Positions 47,130 to 56,378 of a stretch of 64,000 nt of DNA are shown here, piece after piece. The notes below the pieces were generated by a model, which was not told where the DNA came from, did no database searches, and was given only the letters and a program-made list of their open reading frames with translations. This DNA is from Candidatus Bathyarchaeia archaeon (GTDB lineage Archaea > Thermoproteota > Bathyarchaeia > Bathyarchaeales > Bathycorpusculaceae): positions 118,552 through 182,551 of the forward strand of contig JAVZLH010000001.1 of the NCBI GenBank assembly GCA_038883855.1. Direction: 5' to 3'. Numbering within the stretch: the stretch's first letter is position 1; every line of letters starts with the position of its first letter. Both the position numbers and the translations under genes were made by a program.

Positions 47130-47863
47130 TACTCTTCAACCTCCTTAACTGATACGTACTTAGCCCTTAAGGCTTCCTTCTGCATAATGTAGATTTTTTT
47201 GCATCCTTCGATGGCTAGATTTACAGCTTTTTCAAACTCTTCTGGCGTCAGTATTCCATCCATCTGTAATAGTGTTATAACGTTTAGGTTTGGCATTAAA
47301 GCCACAGGCACATCCGCCGTTCCAATTTTATCCTCTTCATCCATCAGATCCAACACTATTGTGTCATCAACTTTTCCAGCTGCGCATGCCACAACTAAAT
47401 CTCGCATTGGAACACCTGCGTCGGCCAGTGCTAAGGATGCGGCGGTTATGCTTGCGCACCTTGTTCCTCCGTCAGCTTGCAGAACCTCTATGAAAACATC
47501 TATTGCCGTGCGCGGGTAATATTCCAAGAAAATTGATGGTTCGATAGCTTCTCTGATAACCTTTGAAAGCTCTATTTCTCTCCTCGAGGGTGCTGGCGAT
47601 TTGCGTTCTTGAACGGAGAATGGCGCCATGTGATAGCGACATCTTAGAACTGTCCTATCTGGAAGCGCCATGTGTTTAGGGTGTAGCTCCCTTGGACCGT
47701 ATACTGCGGCTAAAATCTTGTTTTTTCCCTGTTCAATATATGCTGAACCATCAGCGTTTGATAAAGCGCCAACTTCAATTTTTATAGGTCTTAGCTCATC
47801 TGGTTTTCTGCCATCTAACCTTAAACCCTTTTTATCAATTAACTTTTCAATTTTTTGGCTCAT
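47129..47863 (-). CDS. rrp41: Exosome complex exonuclease Rrp41
   Basis: 244 aa. [18 protein letters not shown]...[21 protein letters not shown] is the active RNase PH subunit signature. Confidence 0.9.
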   Translation of the reverse strand: MSQKIEKLIDKKGLRLDGRKPDELRPIKIEVGALSNADGSAYIEQGKNKILAAVYGPRELHPKHMALPDRTVLRCRYHMAPFSVQERKSPAPSRREIELSKVIREAIEPSIFLEYYPRTAIDVFIEVLQADGGTRCASITAASLALADAGVPMRDLVVACAAGKVDDTIVLDLMDEEDKIGTADVPVALMPNLNVITLLQMDGILTPEEFEKAVNLAIEGCKKIYIMQKEALRAKYVSVKEVEE

Positions 47864-48587
47864 TTCTCATTCCCTCCCTTTTTGCTTTTTCTTCCCTTAA
47901 CATTTGGACTATGCGGTCTGTTAAGCCGCTTGTATGAGATTCTTCCTCAATCTTGCGAATTGCCATAATCGCTAACTGTTCATCTTCAAGATTCTTTCCA
48001 GTAACCAATATAATTCCATTAAGTCCCAAAATTATTTGGCATCCGGTCTCCTGTTTTATCATGGATATCATGGAGCCCTTTCTGCCTATAACTCTGGGAA
48101 TCTTTGTCGGAGTTACCTTGACTATTTCTCCGCGGGTTATTTTCCCCAGTCCAGGCTCTCCAACAGTCAATTGAGGGTCGTGTGTCCTGTCATAGGCAAC
48201 TATTTTCGCCACTATCAAATCTCCCACATCAAGAACCTGCGACAACTCATCCTTTTGCGGTCTGAAGGGTCTTCCTAAAACATCTGAAGCCCTTAAAAGG
48301 GCTGAATACGGCGAATTTATGTCCACAACCCAACCGTTAAAGCCTACTTCCACAACTGTTCCTATAACAGTGTCTCCGACTCTTGGGATGTAAAAAGCCC
48401 TTAAGGCAACCACGTTGACTTTTTTGTCTTCATAATCAACTAGCCCAATCCGTGAGGCATATATCTTGTTGTCTTCCTTGTAAGTGTTCTCTCCCGCTAT
48501 GTAATCGCCTTCGGCAATTAAATCTCCAGGGGTTACAAGCTGTCTTCTTTCAAAAAATGTCGGCAAATTTATCACACACCATAACAA
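47847..48587 (-). CDS. rrp4: Exosome complex RNA-binding subunit Rrp4 (S1 + KH)
   Basis: 246 aa with S1-like ([20 protein letters not shown]) and KH-like ([21 protein letters not shown]) regions. Confidence 0.9.
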   Translation of the reverse strand: MLWCVINLPTFFERRQLVTPGDLIAEGDYIAGENTYKEDNKIYASRIGLVDYEDKKVNVVALRAFYIPRVGDTVIGTVVEVGFNGWVVDINSPYSALLRASDVLGRPFRPQKDELSQVLDVGDLIVAKIVAYDRTHDPQLTVGEPGLGKITRGEIVKVTPTKIPRVIGRKGSMISMIKQETGCQIILGLNGIILVTGKNLEDEQLAIMAIRKIEEESHTSGLTDRIVQMLREEKAKREGMRNEPKN

Positions 48588-48590
48588 TTA

Positions 48591-49280
48591 TTATGCGATT
48601 ATCTTTGCTTCACCGCTTCCTTTGGTTACTTCCCCAAGTTTTTCAAGGAATGGTCCATATAAACCTGCGGGCATTTCAAGAACTCCATACCATGAACCGT
48701 CCGCACGCCACTCTTCCCGTTTAATTGTCCCAAAAGCCTTTATTGTGCCGTAGGCTCTCGCTGAATACTCGGCTGGTATACGAACTCCTACAGATACTTG
48801 TTCTATTTTTAAGGGCAGAATTGAACGTAACAGTTTGATTATTTCTCTTGCCTGCTCCTCCACTGGCTTAAATGGGTCTATTGGATAGTGTATCTGTTCC
48901 ATGGCATTTTCTATTCTCAGCGGCGGATGTGGAAGGTTTGTTTTGGGATCAACCGCCTGCCGCGATATGAAGTCTATTATCTGTTTTCTTTTATCCTCAA
49001 TCATTTTTCTTCGCTGCTCTGTTGTTAACTGAATTGTGCCTTTTTTGAGTATTATCTCCGCTATTTTAAGTGGGTCTGTTGTTCCAAAGGCTTTTTGCAA
49101 GTTTCCTTCCGCGACTTTTGTGCCTTTGTTTGCGTCTGAAAAAATTGTTTCGGTTACCAAAACTTCCGTTATTGATGAAATTTTTCCCATGCGGTAGTCT
49201 AGTGCCTTTTGAGGCTTTACGAGAACTTCGAAATGCTCATTATCCTTTATCATGCGTGCAACTGTGTATTTTTCACTCAT
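48591..49280 (-). CDS. sbds: SBDS/Sdo1 ribosome maturation protein
   Basis: 229 aa with an FYSH-domain N-terminus (ARMIKDNEHFEVLVKPQKALDYR). Positioned between psmA and rrp4. Confidence 0.9.
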   Translation of the reverse strand: MSEKYTVARMIKDNEHFEVLVKPQKALDYRMGKISSITEVLVTETIFSDANKGTKVAEGNLQKAFGTTDPLKIAEIILKKGTIQLTTEQRRKMIEDKRKQIIDFISRQAVDPKTNLPHPPLRIENAMEQIHYPIDPFKPVEEQAREIIKLLRSILPLKIEQVSVGVRIPAEYSARAYGTIKAFGTIKREEWRADGSWYGVLEMPAGLYGPFLEKLGEVTKGSGEAKIIA

Positions 49281-49287
49281 CAGCCTT

Positions 49288-50016
49288 TCACTTGCCAGAA
49301 CCTAACGCTTTTACATAGCCCTCAATTTTTTCATCGCTTAACATTTCCATTTTCTTTGTTGCTGATGGGATGACTGCAATCTTTATTCTGATGGGCAGTT
49401 GCCTTGCCTCTAAAGCCTTTATCAAGCATTTTACAGCAAGTTTTATGGCTTCTTCAAGTTTCATGTCTTCGCGGTACTCGTCCTTCAAAACTGAGAGTAC
49501 GGTTTCTCTTCCAGCGCCCACGGCTGTTGCTTTATACCCTCTATAAGTTCCGCTTGGGTGAGTGTAAAAAACCCTGTTTCCAGTCTTGTCAACTCCGCCA
49601 AAAATTATTGAAACTCCGAAGGGTCTCACGCCCGCATGCTGAGTGTAAAGCTGTTTGATATCGCATGTTCTTTTTGTTACAACTTCCACGTCTATTGGTT
49701 CGTCATATGTTAATCTGTTGCTTTGAGCGTAAATCCGCGCTTGGTCTATCAAAATTCTTGCGTCGGAGCTTAAACCAACTATCGCCGCTCCAATATGCTC
49801 GTCAATCTTGAAAATTTTCCAGGAGTATTCTGCCTCCTCTAGAGGCTCAATATTTTCCTCAGCTCCCAAAACAACTCCTTCAGAGCAACGCATCCCCAAG
49901 ATTGTTGCTCCACGGTTAACAAGCTCCATTGCGTATTCTACTTGGAAGAGTCGCCCATCTGGCGAGAAAACGGTTATAGCTCGGTCATATGCTCCTGGCG
50001 CTGCAAATACAGACAT
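49288..50016 (-). CDS. psmA: Proteasome alpha subunit
   Basis: 242 aa with the N-terminus YDRAITVFSPDGRLFQVEYAMELV. Confidence 0.95.
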   Translation of the reverse strand: MSVFAAPGAYDRAITVFSPDGRLFQVEYAMELVNRGATILGMRCSEGVVLGAEENIEPLEEAEYSWKIFKIDEHIGAAIVGLSSDARILIDQARIYAQSNRLTYDEPIDVEVVTKRTCDIKQLYTQHAGVRPFGVSIIFGGVDKTGNRVFYTHPSGTYRGYKATAVGAGRETVLSVLKDEYREDMKLEEAIKLAVKCLIKALEARQLPIRIKIAVIPSATKKMEMLSDEKIEGYVKALGSGK

Positions 50017-50247
50017 TAACTACCAACCTCCACTATGCCTTATCCACTTGCAGACTTTCATATGACAACTAAACTAAAAACCTTTTCCTTAAATCTCACT
50101 TTTAGTTTAGTCTTCTACTTTCGTTTTCGGAAGATTTTGTCTTCGTTGTTGTATTCACCATTGACATCTTCAAAGCTCCAAAGCTATGTCGATGCGTCCA
50201 CAAGAGCTAAAAGGATAATAGTAGATGATTTACGAAGAGGAAATTTG

Positions 50248-50942
50248 ATGAAGTATGAAATAAAATACAAGCCGTCTTATTCTATGCTTGTGGTAAACCT
50301 GGAGCCAAACGAGAGTTTAGTTGCTGAGTCGGGTGCAATGACATACATGGACCCGAATATTGAAGTTCACACGAGAAAAAGGGAAACAAGTCTCTTAGGC
50401 ACCTTAGGTCTAGCGATTTTTGGACGCCAATCCTTTTGGGTAAACGAATACACTGCGAGAAACGGCGCTGGAGAAGTTGCATTCGTTTCTGCACCAATAG
50501 GTGACATTGAAAAACTGGAAATCAAGCCAAATCACGGCTATGTCATACAGAAAGCCGCTTACGTAGCCTCCACAGATAACGTGGATTTAGACGTTAAATG
50601 GGAAGGTTTCACAAGAGGCTTGTTCGGACAAGGCTTGTTCATGATAAAGGTCACAGGCGACGGAATGCTGTTCATAAACACTTTGGAGCCATAGACAAAC
50701 ACATCTTACAGCCTGGTCAATCAATAATTGTTGACAACTTTCACCTGGTGGCTTTCAGTAGCACATACAACTACAAAGTCACAAAATTCGGCGGATTAAA
50801 AGAAACAATTCTCGGCGGAGAAGGCTTGGTGGTGAATATCGAGGGTCCGGGGGAAGTTTACATTCAGACGAAAAATCTGGGAGAGTTTGTCGAGTGGCTT
50901 TGGACTTTGATTGAGCCTCGAGTGAGAGCGAGGGCACGCTAA
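50248..50942 (+). pseudogene. AIM24/TIGR00266-family gene interrupted by a -1 frame change
   Basis: MKYEIKYKPSYSMLVVNL...GLFMIKVTGDGMLFIN reaches a stop at 50692-50694. The family sequence continues one frame over as FGAIDKHILQPGQSIIVDNFHLVAF...GGEGLVVNIEGPGEVYIQT. The switch is at ATAAACACTTTGGAGCC. Confidence 0.65.
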
Positions 50943-51020
50943 AATAAGGTATGCATGAAGGTTGAATCTGAATAGAGAATTCATAAATGCCATATTTGCT
51001 GAGATTAGAAAATTTCGCTT

Positions 51021-51215
51021 GTGCAGTCCAAGACGGATGATTTTCTGGCTGAACTCGAAGCATATGATATTGAAGAGCGCTATCCAAGAAGCTTTGAATT
51101 ATACGAGGAATACAGCCATAGACCTATCGCGGATACGATTAGAGTAAGCAGAGAAAACTTTGGAAAAGCCACATCTACTGCCAAAAGACAATTACTTGAT
51201 GAGGTTGAAAGATAG
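51021..51215 (+). other. HEPN-like C-terminal gene fragment
   Basis: FLAELEAYDIEERYP matches the L..L..Y...RYP signature of the second half of HEPN domains. There is no N-terminal half or R-x4-6-H motif, and the frame is closed 5 codons upstream of the GTG. Confidence 0.3.
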
Positions 51216-51593
51216 GTCAAAAGCTTTTGTAGTTGGTTGGAAGAAACCAAAAATCTTGGCGCTACGATAGCTTATTACATTGCAGTTAGTCTCAAAGGCT
51301 TGCTTTTCGGAATTCCAGCAGGCGTGCAAATAGCACAGTTGTTTTGCGCCATACTGGATAAACAAGTTAAAGAGTAACACATGCCAATTTCTGTTAGGAA
51401 AAGTTTTGTAGTGCGAAAACCGAGAAAAATGATCTTTTGGGCTTTTCTGTGATTTTGGCTTTTAATTTTATTTATGGTTTAAAGTTAGTTGGAATTATGA
51501 TGGATTGTTTAGACTGGTTGTATGGAATTTTTTTGCGTAAGATATTTTAATTATGCTATCGTAATAAATAAGATACTGTAGGGAGTGAAAGAA

Positions 51594-53402
51594 ATGTCCA
51601 AAACTAGACTTCAACATCTAACCACAATAACCATCATCCTCGCTTCAATCATGCTCGGGTTCTACAAAACTCCACTTTCAAGCGCGTTTGCACCCACCGA
51701 AAACGCCAATCCAAGGATACTTTATTGGCCTGCTCCCCAAATATGGCAAACAGAAGATGGGCATACGGTGTGGAGTTCCGGAGGCATCGACGCAACAAGC
51801 ATCTCATGGTCTCCTTCTGGAAAACTGCTATTGATAGCTGGTGACCGTTTTGCAGTGATTAATACAAGCACTTTCTCGCCGATTTACGAGTTTTGGAATC
51901 AGTGGGGCTATATTGATAATTTTGTTATTTCACCAGACGACTCCAAAATATTCTATGTTAACACAAGTGGTGCAGTTGCTCCTTTCTCCTTAATATATTC
52001 AATGAGCTTGAATGGCTCCAATCCAACCCTTATAACCTACGTTAATAGCAGCTCCTCATGCGTCCCCACTTTCGTTGACTTGTCAAGCGATGGCACAACA
52101 TTAATCTGCACAGAATTCGCAGAGAACTATTCTTCGTATCCCTACACCCATTTAAGTCGCATCTGGAAAGTCAACCTAGAAACAAACGAGAGATCACTGT
52201 TTCTGGAGCTTGAGGGACCAGACAACCAGATTTTCAGCGTTAGATTTTCGCCATCAAACGACAAAATAGCCTTCACGACATATGATGGCGTTTGGACCAT
52301 TAACTCTGACGGAACCAACCTAACTAAGATAGCTGATATTTCAGAAAATAGCGTTGCAATGTATCTAAATTGGGTGTCGAATGGAACAATGCTAACATAT
52401 ACGGAAGTTAATTACACAGAAAGGTATACTTATAATCCGTATATAAACGACCAAAGCTGGGTTAACAGTAGCGTAATAGCAGTAAATGTTGATGGAAGCA
52501 ACAAGCGCACGATTTTTTGTGGAGCCAAATGTTGGACATGGTCACCTCTCAACGACTCTATAGCCGCCTTTATTAAACCGCTGAGCAGGGACGTTCCATA
52601 CCTTATAGACTTAAGCCTTCCAATATCCTCCAACCCAGACAGCGACGGAGACGGCATACCTGACCGTGAAGAAATCTTCTGTGGATACTTTAACCCGCTG
52701 GACCCTACAGACCTCTACAAAGACTATGATAATGATGGCTTGTCCAACTTGGAAGAGTACGAGTTTAACATAAACCGGACTGGTTCTGGAGCCTATCCAT
52801 TGTATCCTCTGGGTCCAGATTGCGATAACGATGGGCTTAGCGACGGCGTTGAAATCAAAGTCTTTAAAACTGATCCGACAAGGGCTGATACTGACGGTGA
52901 TGGCATAAGCGATGGTCTTGAGGCTGCAGCAACAGGATTAAATGCGTTCATTTCTGTTTTGCCTGAAGGGTGGATTCGCATGCAGCTTCAATGGTCAAAC
53001 AAGACAATGTACGTTTCAACAAACTCCTCCGTGCTTGGTGTGGTTTTCAACTCTACGGACATGGCTTTAAGCATCTCTGTAGGCGGTCCAGACGGCACCG
53101 CGGGCATAGCCAACATAACCATACCCATAGAAATGATAAATTCTCTTTCTGCAGTTAGCGTTACATTGGACAATCAGCCCATAGACTTCCAAATAAACCA
53201 AGTCGGCAGCAACGCCCAAATCTACGTAGAATACCACCACAGTTTCCACGAGTTAACAGCGCATCTGCAAGGCGGCGGTGGCGGTGGCATCGGCGGCGTG
53301 GACTTGACGGTTTTCATGAGTTACTGGTGGGTAATATTGTCAGTCGCTATCGTAGCGGTTGCATCTGTGATAGCGGCAATGATTGTGAGACGTGGACGAT
53401 AA
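51594..53402 (+). CDS. Secreted, C-terminally membrane-anchored protein: PD40/TolB-like beta-propeller plus thrombospondin-type-3-like Ca-binding repeats
   Basis: Signal peptide MSKTRLQHLTTITIILASIMLGFYKTPLSSAFA. PD40-like segments (DKIAFTTYDGVWTINSDGTNLTKI). Four DxDxDG repeats. A GGGGGGIGG linker, then a TM segment ending RRGR. Confidence 0.7.
   Translation: MSKTRLQHLTTITIILASIMLGFYKTPLSSAFAPTENANPRILYWPAPQIWQTEDGHTVWSSGGIDATSISWSPSGKLLLIAGDRFAVINTSTFSPIYEFWNQWGYIDNFVISPDDSKIFYVNTSGAVAPFSLIYSMSLNGSNPTLITYVNSSSSCVPTFVDLSSDGTTLICTEFAENYSSYPYTHLSRIWKVNLETNERSLFLELEGPDNQIFSVRFSPSNDKIAFTTYDGVWTINSDGTNLTKIADISENSVAMYLNWVSNGTMLTYTEVNYTERYTYNPYINDQSWVNSSVIAVNVDGSNKRTIFCGAKCWTWSPLNDSIAAFIKPLSRDVPYLIDLSLPISSNPDSDGDGIPDREEIFCGYFNPLDPTDLYKDYDNDGLSNLEEYEFNINRTGSGAYPLYPLGPDCDNDGLSDGVEIKVFKTDPTRADTDGDGISDGLEAAATGLNAFISVLPEGWIRMQLQWSNKTMYVSTNSSVLGVVFNSTDMALSISVGGPDGTAGIANITIPIEMINSLSAVSVTLDNQPIDFQINQVGSNAQIYVEYHHSFHELTAHLQGGGGGGIGGVDLTVFMSYWWVILSVAIVAVASVIAAMIVRRGR
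52635..52920 (+). repeat. Four thrombospondin type 3-like calcium-binding repeats (protein level)
   Basis: DSDGDGIPDREE, DYDNDGLSNLEE, DCDNDGLSDGVE, DTDGDGISDGLE. Confidence 0.6.
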
Positions 53403-54078
53403 GAGGGAAGCAAAATTGCGGAAAGCTGTAGCGTTTACGACAACCATACTATTTTTACTCTGCATAACATTCGTTTATGCTGAGGTGCAAGTGGGCATCA
53501 AAGTTGGCGACTGGGTAAGATGTGACTACGTTTCCGGTGGCACTTTGCCAAGCGATGCGCCCCAGTGGGTTAAAGCAGAATGCTTATCAGTTACAGGAAC
53601 AACTGCAACATTACGTGTAACAACCCACTTCAGCAGTGGAACGGAACAAATTGAAATTATGACGTTGGATGTCACCAGCGGCACGGGAAACGCGACTTTT
53701 CAAGCACTTATACCAGCAAACTCGAAGACTGGAAACACCATTCAAGTTATAGGAGGAGGTAGTGTGACGATTGCTGGCGAGAAGACCGAAACCTATGCGG
53801 GAACAAGCAGAACAGTTGTCTACGCAAGCTTAACGCGGGGGGATGTGCAGTTCAGCTATTGCTGGGATAAAGAGACAGGAGTTCTCGTGGAAATAACTTT
53901 AACCCAAGGCTCCACATCAGCCACTTATAGAGCAACTAGCACAAACATTTGGCAAGCGTCATCGTCAAACCCTTTGCCAATGCCAAGTCTACCAGTAGAA
54001 ATGCTTTCCATTAGCATCTCAGTAATAGTGGCAATAGCTATAGTGGCGACAGCGATAATCTACACTAGGCACAAATGA
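53392..54078 (+). CDS. Secreted, C-terminally membrane-anchored beta-rich protein
   Basis: N-terminal hydrophobic signal (AVAFTTTILFLLCITFVYA), a Thr/Gly-rich beta region and a C-terminal TM ending YTRHK. An alternative TTG start at 53416 follows AGAGGGA. Confidence 0.6.
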   Translation: MDDKREAKLRKAVAFTTTILFLLCITFVYAEVQVGIKVGDWVRCDYVSGGTLPSDAPQWVKAECLSVTGTTATLRVTTHFSSGTEQIEIMTLDVTSGTGNATFQALIPANSKTGNTIQVIGGGSVTIAGEKTETYAGTSRTVVYASLTRGDVQFSYCWDKETGVLVEITLTQGSTSATYRATSTNIWQASSSNPLPMPSLPVEMLSISISVIVAIAIVATAIIYTRHK

Positions 54079-54095
54079 AGTTAACAGATTAAAAG

Positions 54096-54117
54096 GGGTT
54101 CACTGAACCCTAATTTT
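54096..54117 (+). terminator. Hairpin plus T-run after the secreted-protein gene pair
   Basis: GGGTTC (54096-54101), loop ACT, GAACCC (54105-54110), followed by TAATTTT. Confidence 0.35.
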
Positions 54118-54227
54118 CGCTTTCCCACTTTTTGAATTATCCGCCGTAAGAGAAGTCAAGTTATTTCGAAACGACAGAAATTTTCTCCACTTTTATGGTT
54201 TACTCTCTAAATACGGTGGTTTAGTTT

Positions 54228-54647
54228 TCAGCCTTCCCAGTCTAGAAGTCTTTTTTCTCCTTCAATTTTTTTGATGTCTGTTATGTCTTGGGTTACTTCA
54301 AGGGTTCCTAAATATTTCCCGTTTTTGTCTCTCACCGCAAAGTATCTGATGTGTATTAGGCGATTGCCTATTTGAATCCAGAATTCTGCCACATCCTTCT
54401 CGCCTTTCTTAAATGCTTCGAGGATTCTGTTAACTACGTGGACGCTCTTCTGCGGGTGGCATAACTGCACTTTTCTTCCAATAACCGCCTTTGTTCTCAC
54501 GAAAATTCTTTTTTCAGCCTTGTTAAAGTATTTGACAGTGTCATTTGCGTCCACGAACGTTATGTCTACTGGAAGAGTATCCAGTAAGGCTTCAATTTCC
54601 TCTTTTGAAAGAGTCCCGTTTTCAAACTGCAACGTTCCTTCGGGCAT
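54228..54647 (-). CDS. PAS-domain protein of the DUF438 C-terminal type
   Basis: 139 aa. LLDTLPVDITFVDANDTVKYFN...VQLCHPQKSVHVV...FWI...IHIRYFAVRD is typical of the DUF438-associated PAS domain. Confidence 0.7.
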   Translation of the reverse strand: MPEGTLQFENGTLSKEEIEALLDTLPVDITFVDANDTVKYFNKAEKRIFVRTKAVIGRKVQLCHPQKSVHVVNRILEAFKKGEKDVAEFWIQIGNRLIHIRYFAVRDKNGKYLGTLEVTQDITDIKKIEGEKRLLDWEG

Positions 54648-54660
54648 AGTTACAACTTCC

Positions 54661-55851
54661 TCATAATTTTTCTTCTTTAATCTTCTTGGCTAAAACTTTA
54701 CCTAACTCAATTATCTGCGTTATATCCTTATCCGTGGGTGGACCATTTATTTCCAACGCTCCAACAACTTCAATCTTCGTCTGCCCAAGCACTTCCTGAA
54801 CATGTTTTACGGCACCTCCGCCCCAACCATAAGAGCTTAAGACTACCACAAATTTCAGCGGCGGCTTCAAAGCCTTAACCAGATAGGTTGCGTATACGGC
54901 TAGTGGATGTGCACCGCCTAACGCTGTTGGTGCGCCCAAAACGATGGCTTTAGAATCCACTAAGTCTTTTGCTATGTCGCCAACATCGGCTGAAACAAGA
55001 TTGTAAAGTGCCACTTCAATGCCTTCTGAAGCTAGGGTTTCCACCATTGGCTGTATCATCTTCTCTGTGCTGTTCCACATCGTCACATAAACTATTGTTG
55101 CCTTACTCTTTGTCTCCCCATTTGCCCACTTACGGTAGGCTGTGAGGATGCGCTCTGGATTTCTGTGAATTGGGCCGTGGCTGGGCGCTATTAGACTGAT
55201 TTTTAAGTCTTTTATTTTTTCTAGGGCTTTTTGCGCCATAACCCTGAAAGGCATCATTATTTCACCCCAGTAGCGTTGGGCGTGAACAAGCAAATCATCA
55301 ACCTCATCATCATACAGTGCTTTCGCCAAATGTGACCCGAAAAAGTCGCATGGAAACAGTATGGCGTCTTCTCTTAAATAAGTGAACATTGTTTCTGGCC
55401 AATGGAGCATTGGGGCTTCGATAAACTGGAGAGTTTTGTCTCCTAGACTTATGGTTTCTTGATCTTTAACAGCTATTATCCGTTCCTCTGGCACTTTGTA
55501 AAATGTTTGAGCCATCCGTGCGCCTTTGCTTGTAGCTACAAGCTTTGCTTTTTTATTCATAGCCATTACGTACGGTATTGCTCCAGCGTGGTCTGGCTCC
55601 GCGTGGTTCATCACCACATAATCAATTTCACCTGGGTCAACAAGCTTACGTATTTTCTCCTCTAACTCTTTTTCAAAGCCTGGGTTAACAGTGTCAATTA
55701 ACATCTTTTTGTCTTTGCCAATTATTAGGTAAGCGTTGTAGCTTGTTCCCTTCGGTAACGTTATTAATGCATCGAAAATTCTTCGGTTCCAGTCTCTGAC
55801 ACCTACCCAGTAAACGTTTTCAGATATTTTTTCAATGTTCCTCCAACTCAT
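54661..55851 (-). CDS. fprA: Flavodiiron protein (FprA-type O2/NO reductase: metallo-beta-lactamase plus flavodoxin domains)
   Basis: 396 aa with the di-iron motif VVMNHAEPDHAG and a C-terminal flavodoxin-like domain (ATIVYVTMWNSTEKM). Confidence 0.9.
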   Translation of the reverse strand: MSWRNIEKISENVYWVGVRDWNRRIFDALITLPKGTSYNAYLIIGKDKKMLIDTVNPGFEKELEEKIRKLVDPGEIDYVVMNHAEPDHAGAIPYVMAMNKKAKLVATSKGARMAQTFYKVPEERIIAVKDQETISLGDKTLQFIEAPMLHWPETMFTYLREDAILFPCDFFGSHLAKALYDDEVDDLLVHAQRYWGEIMMPFRVMAQKALEKIKDLKISLIAPSHGPIHRNPERILTAYRKWANGETKSKATIVYVTMWNSTEKMIQPMVETLASEGIEVALYNLVSADVGDIAKDLVDSKAIVLGAPTALGGAHPLAVYATYLVKALKPPLKFVVVLSSYGWGGGAVKHVQEVLGQTKIEVVGALEINGPPTDKDITQIIELGKVLAKKIKEEKL

Positions 55852-55934
55852 GGTTATGCCTCGATTTGATATTACTATTGTAATAAAGCATATTTATGCC
55901 TTTCTACACAATACATTCCCTCGGAGAACAAAAA

Positions 55935-56333
55935 ATGTCACTACCATGCGAAATAGCAGTAAAATGCTTGCTCCCTGCGGTCAGAGCCCTCCTAGCCAAG
56001 GAACTCACCGCCAAACACAACCTGAAACAGTCAGAAGCGGCAAAACGGCTGGGAGTAAGTCAACCAGCCATAAGCCTATACCAAAGAAAAATCCGCGGAA
56101 AAGCCATAAACCTAGAAAAGGACCCGGATATTGTTGAACAAATAGAAAACCTAGCAAACGCCCTAGCCGAGGAAAATCTAGCCTACAAAGACTTTATCCA
56201 AACGTTCTGCGAAATCTGCAGAAAAATAAGAGCTAAAGGGCTCTTATGCAAGATGCACAAAACCATGGACCCGTCTATCGACACGGAAAAATGTGGATTA
56301 TGTTTGGCCACAAGTTCAATAAAATGCGCCTAG
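55935..56333 (+). CDS. HTH transcriptional regulator with C-terminal Cys cluster
   Basis: HTH segment LKQSEAAKRLGVSQPAISLY. C-terminal Cys cluster CEICRK...LCKMH...EKCGLC...IKC. Divergent from fprA. Confidence 0.65.
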   Translation: MSLPCEIAVKCLLPAVRALLAKELTAKHNLKQSEAAKRLGVSQPAISLYQRKIRGKAINLEKDPDIVEQIENLANALAEENLAYKDFIQTFCEICRKIRAKGLLCKMHKTMDPSIDTEKCGLCLATSSIKCA

Positions 56334-56378
56334 TAACGTCTTTATTAATGCTGAACCTTAACCATTAATATAAAGCTG

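Noticed and set aside
50035-50247. A 71-codon N-terminal extension of the AIM24 ORF in the track
   Set aside because: The extension is Leu/Ser/Phe-rich and overlaps the psmA promoter region. The family sequence starts exactly at ATG 50248 (MKYEIKY), which is preceded by GAAGAGG.
53271-53297. G-rich tract GGCGGCGGTGGCGGTGGCATCGGCGGC as a possible G-quadruplex or repeat element
   Set aside because: It is in frame and encodes the GGGGGGIGG linker before the C-terminal TM anchor. The G runs are only 2 nt long, too short for a canonical quadruplex.
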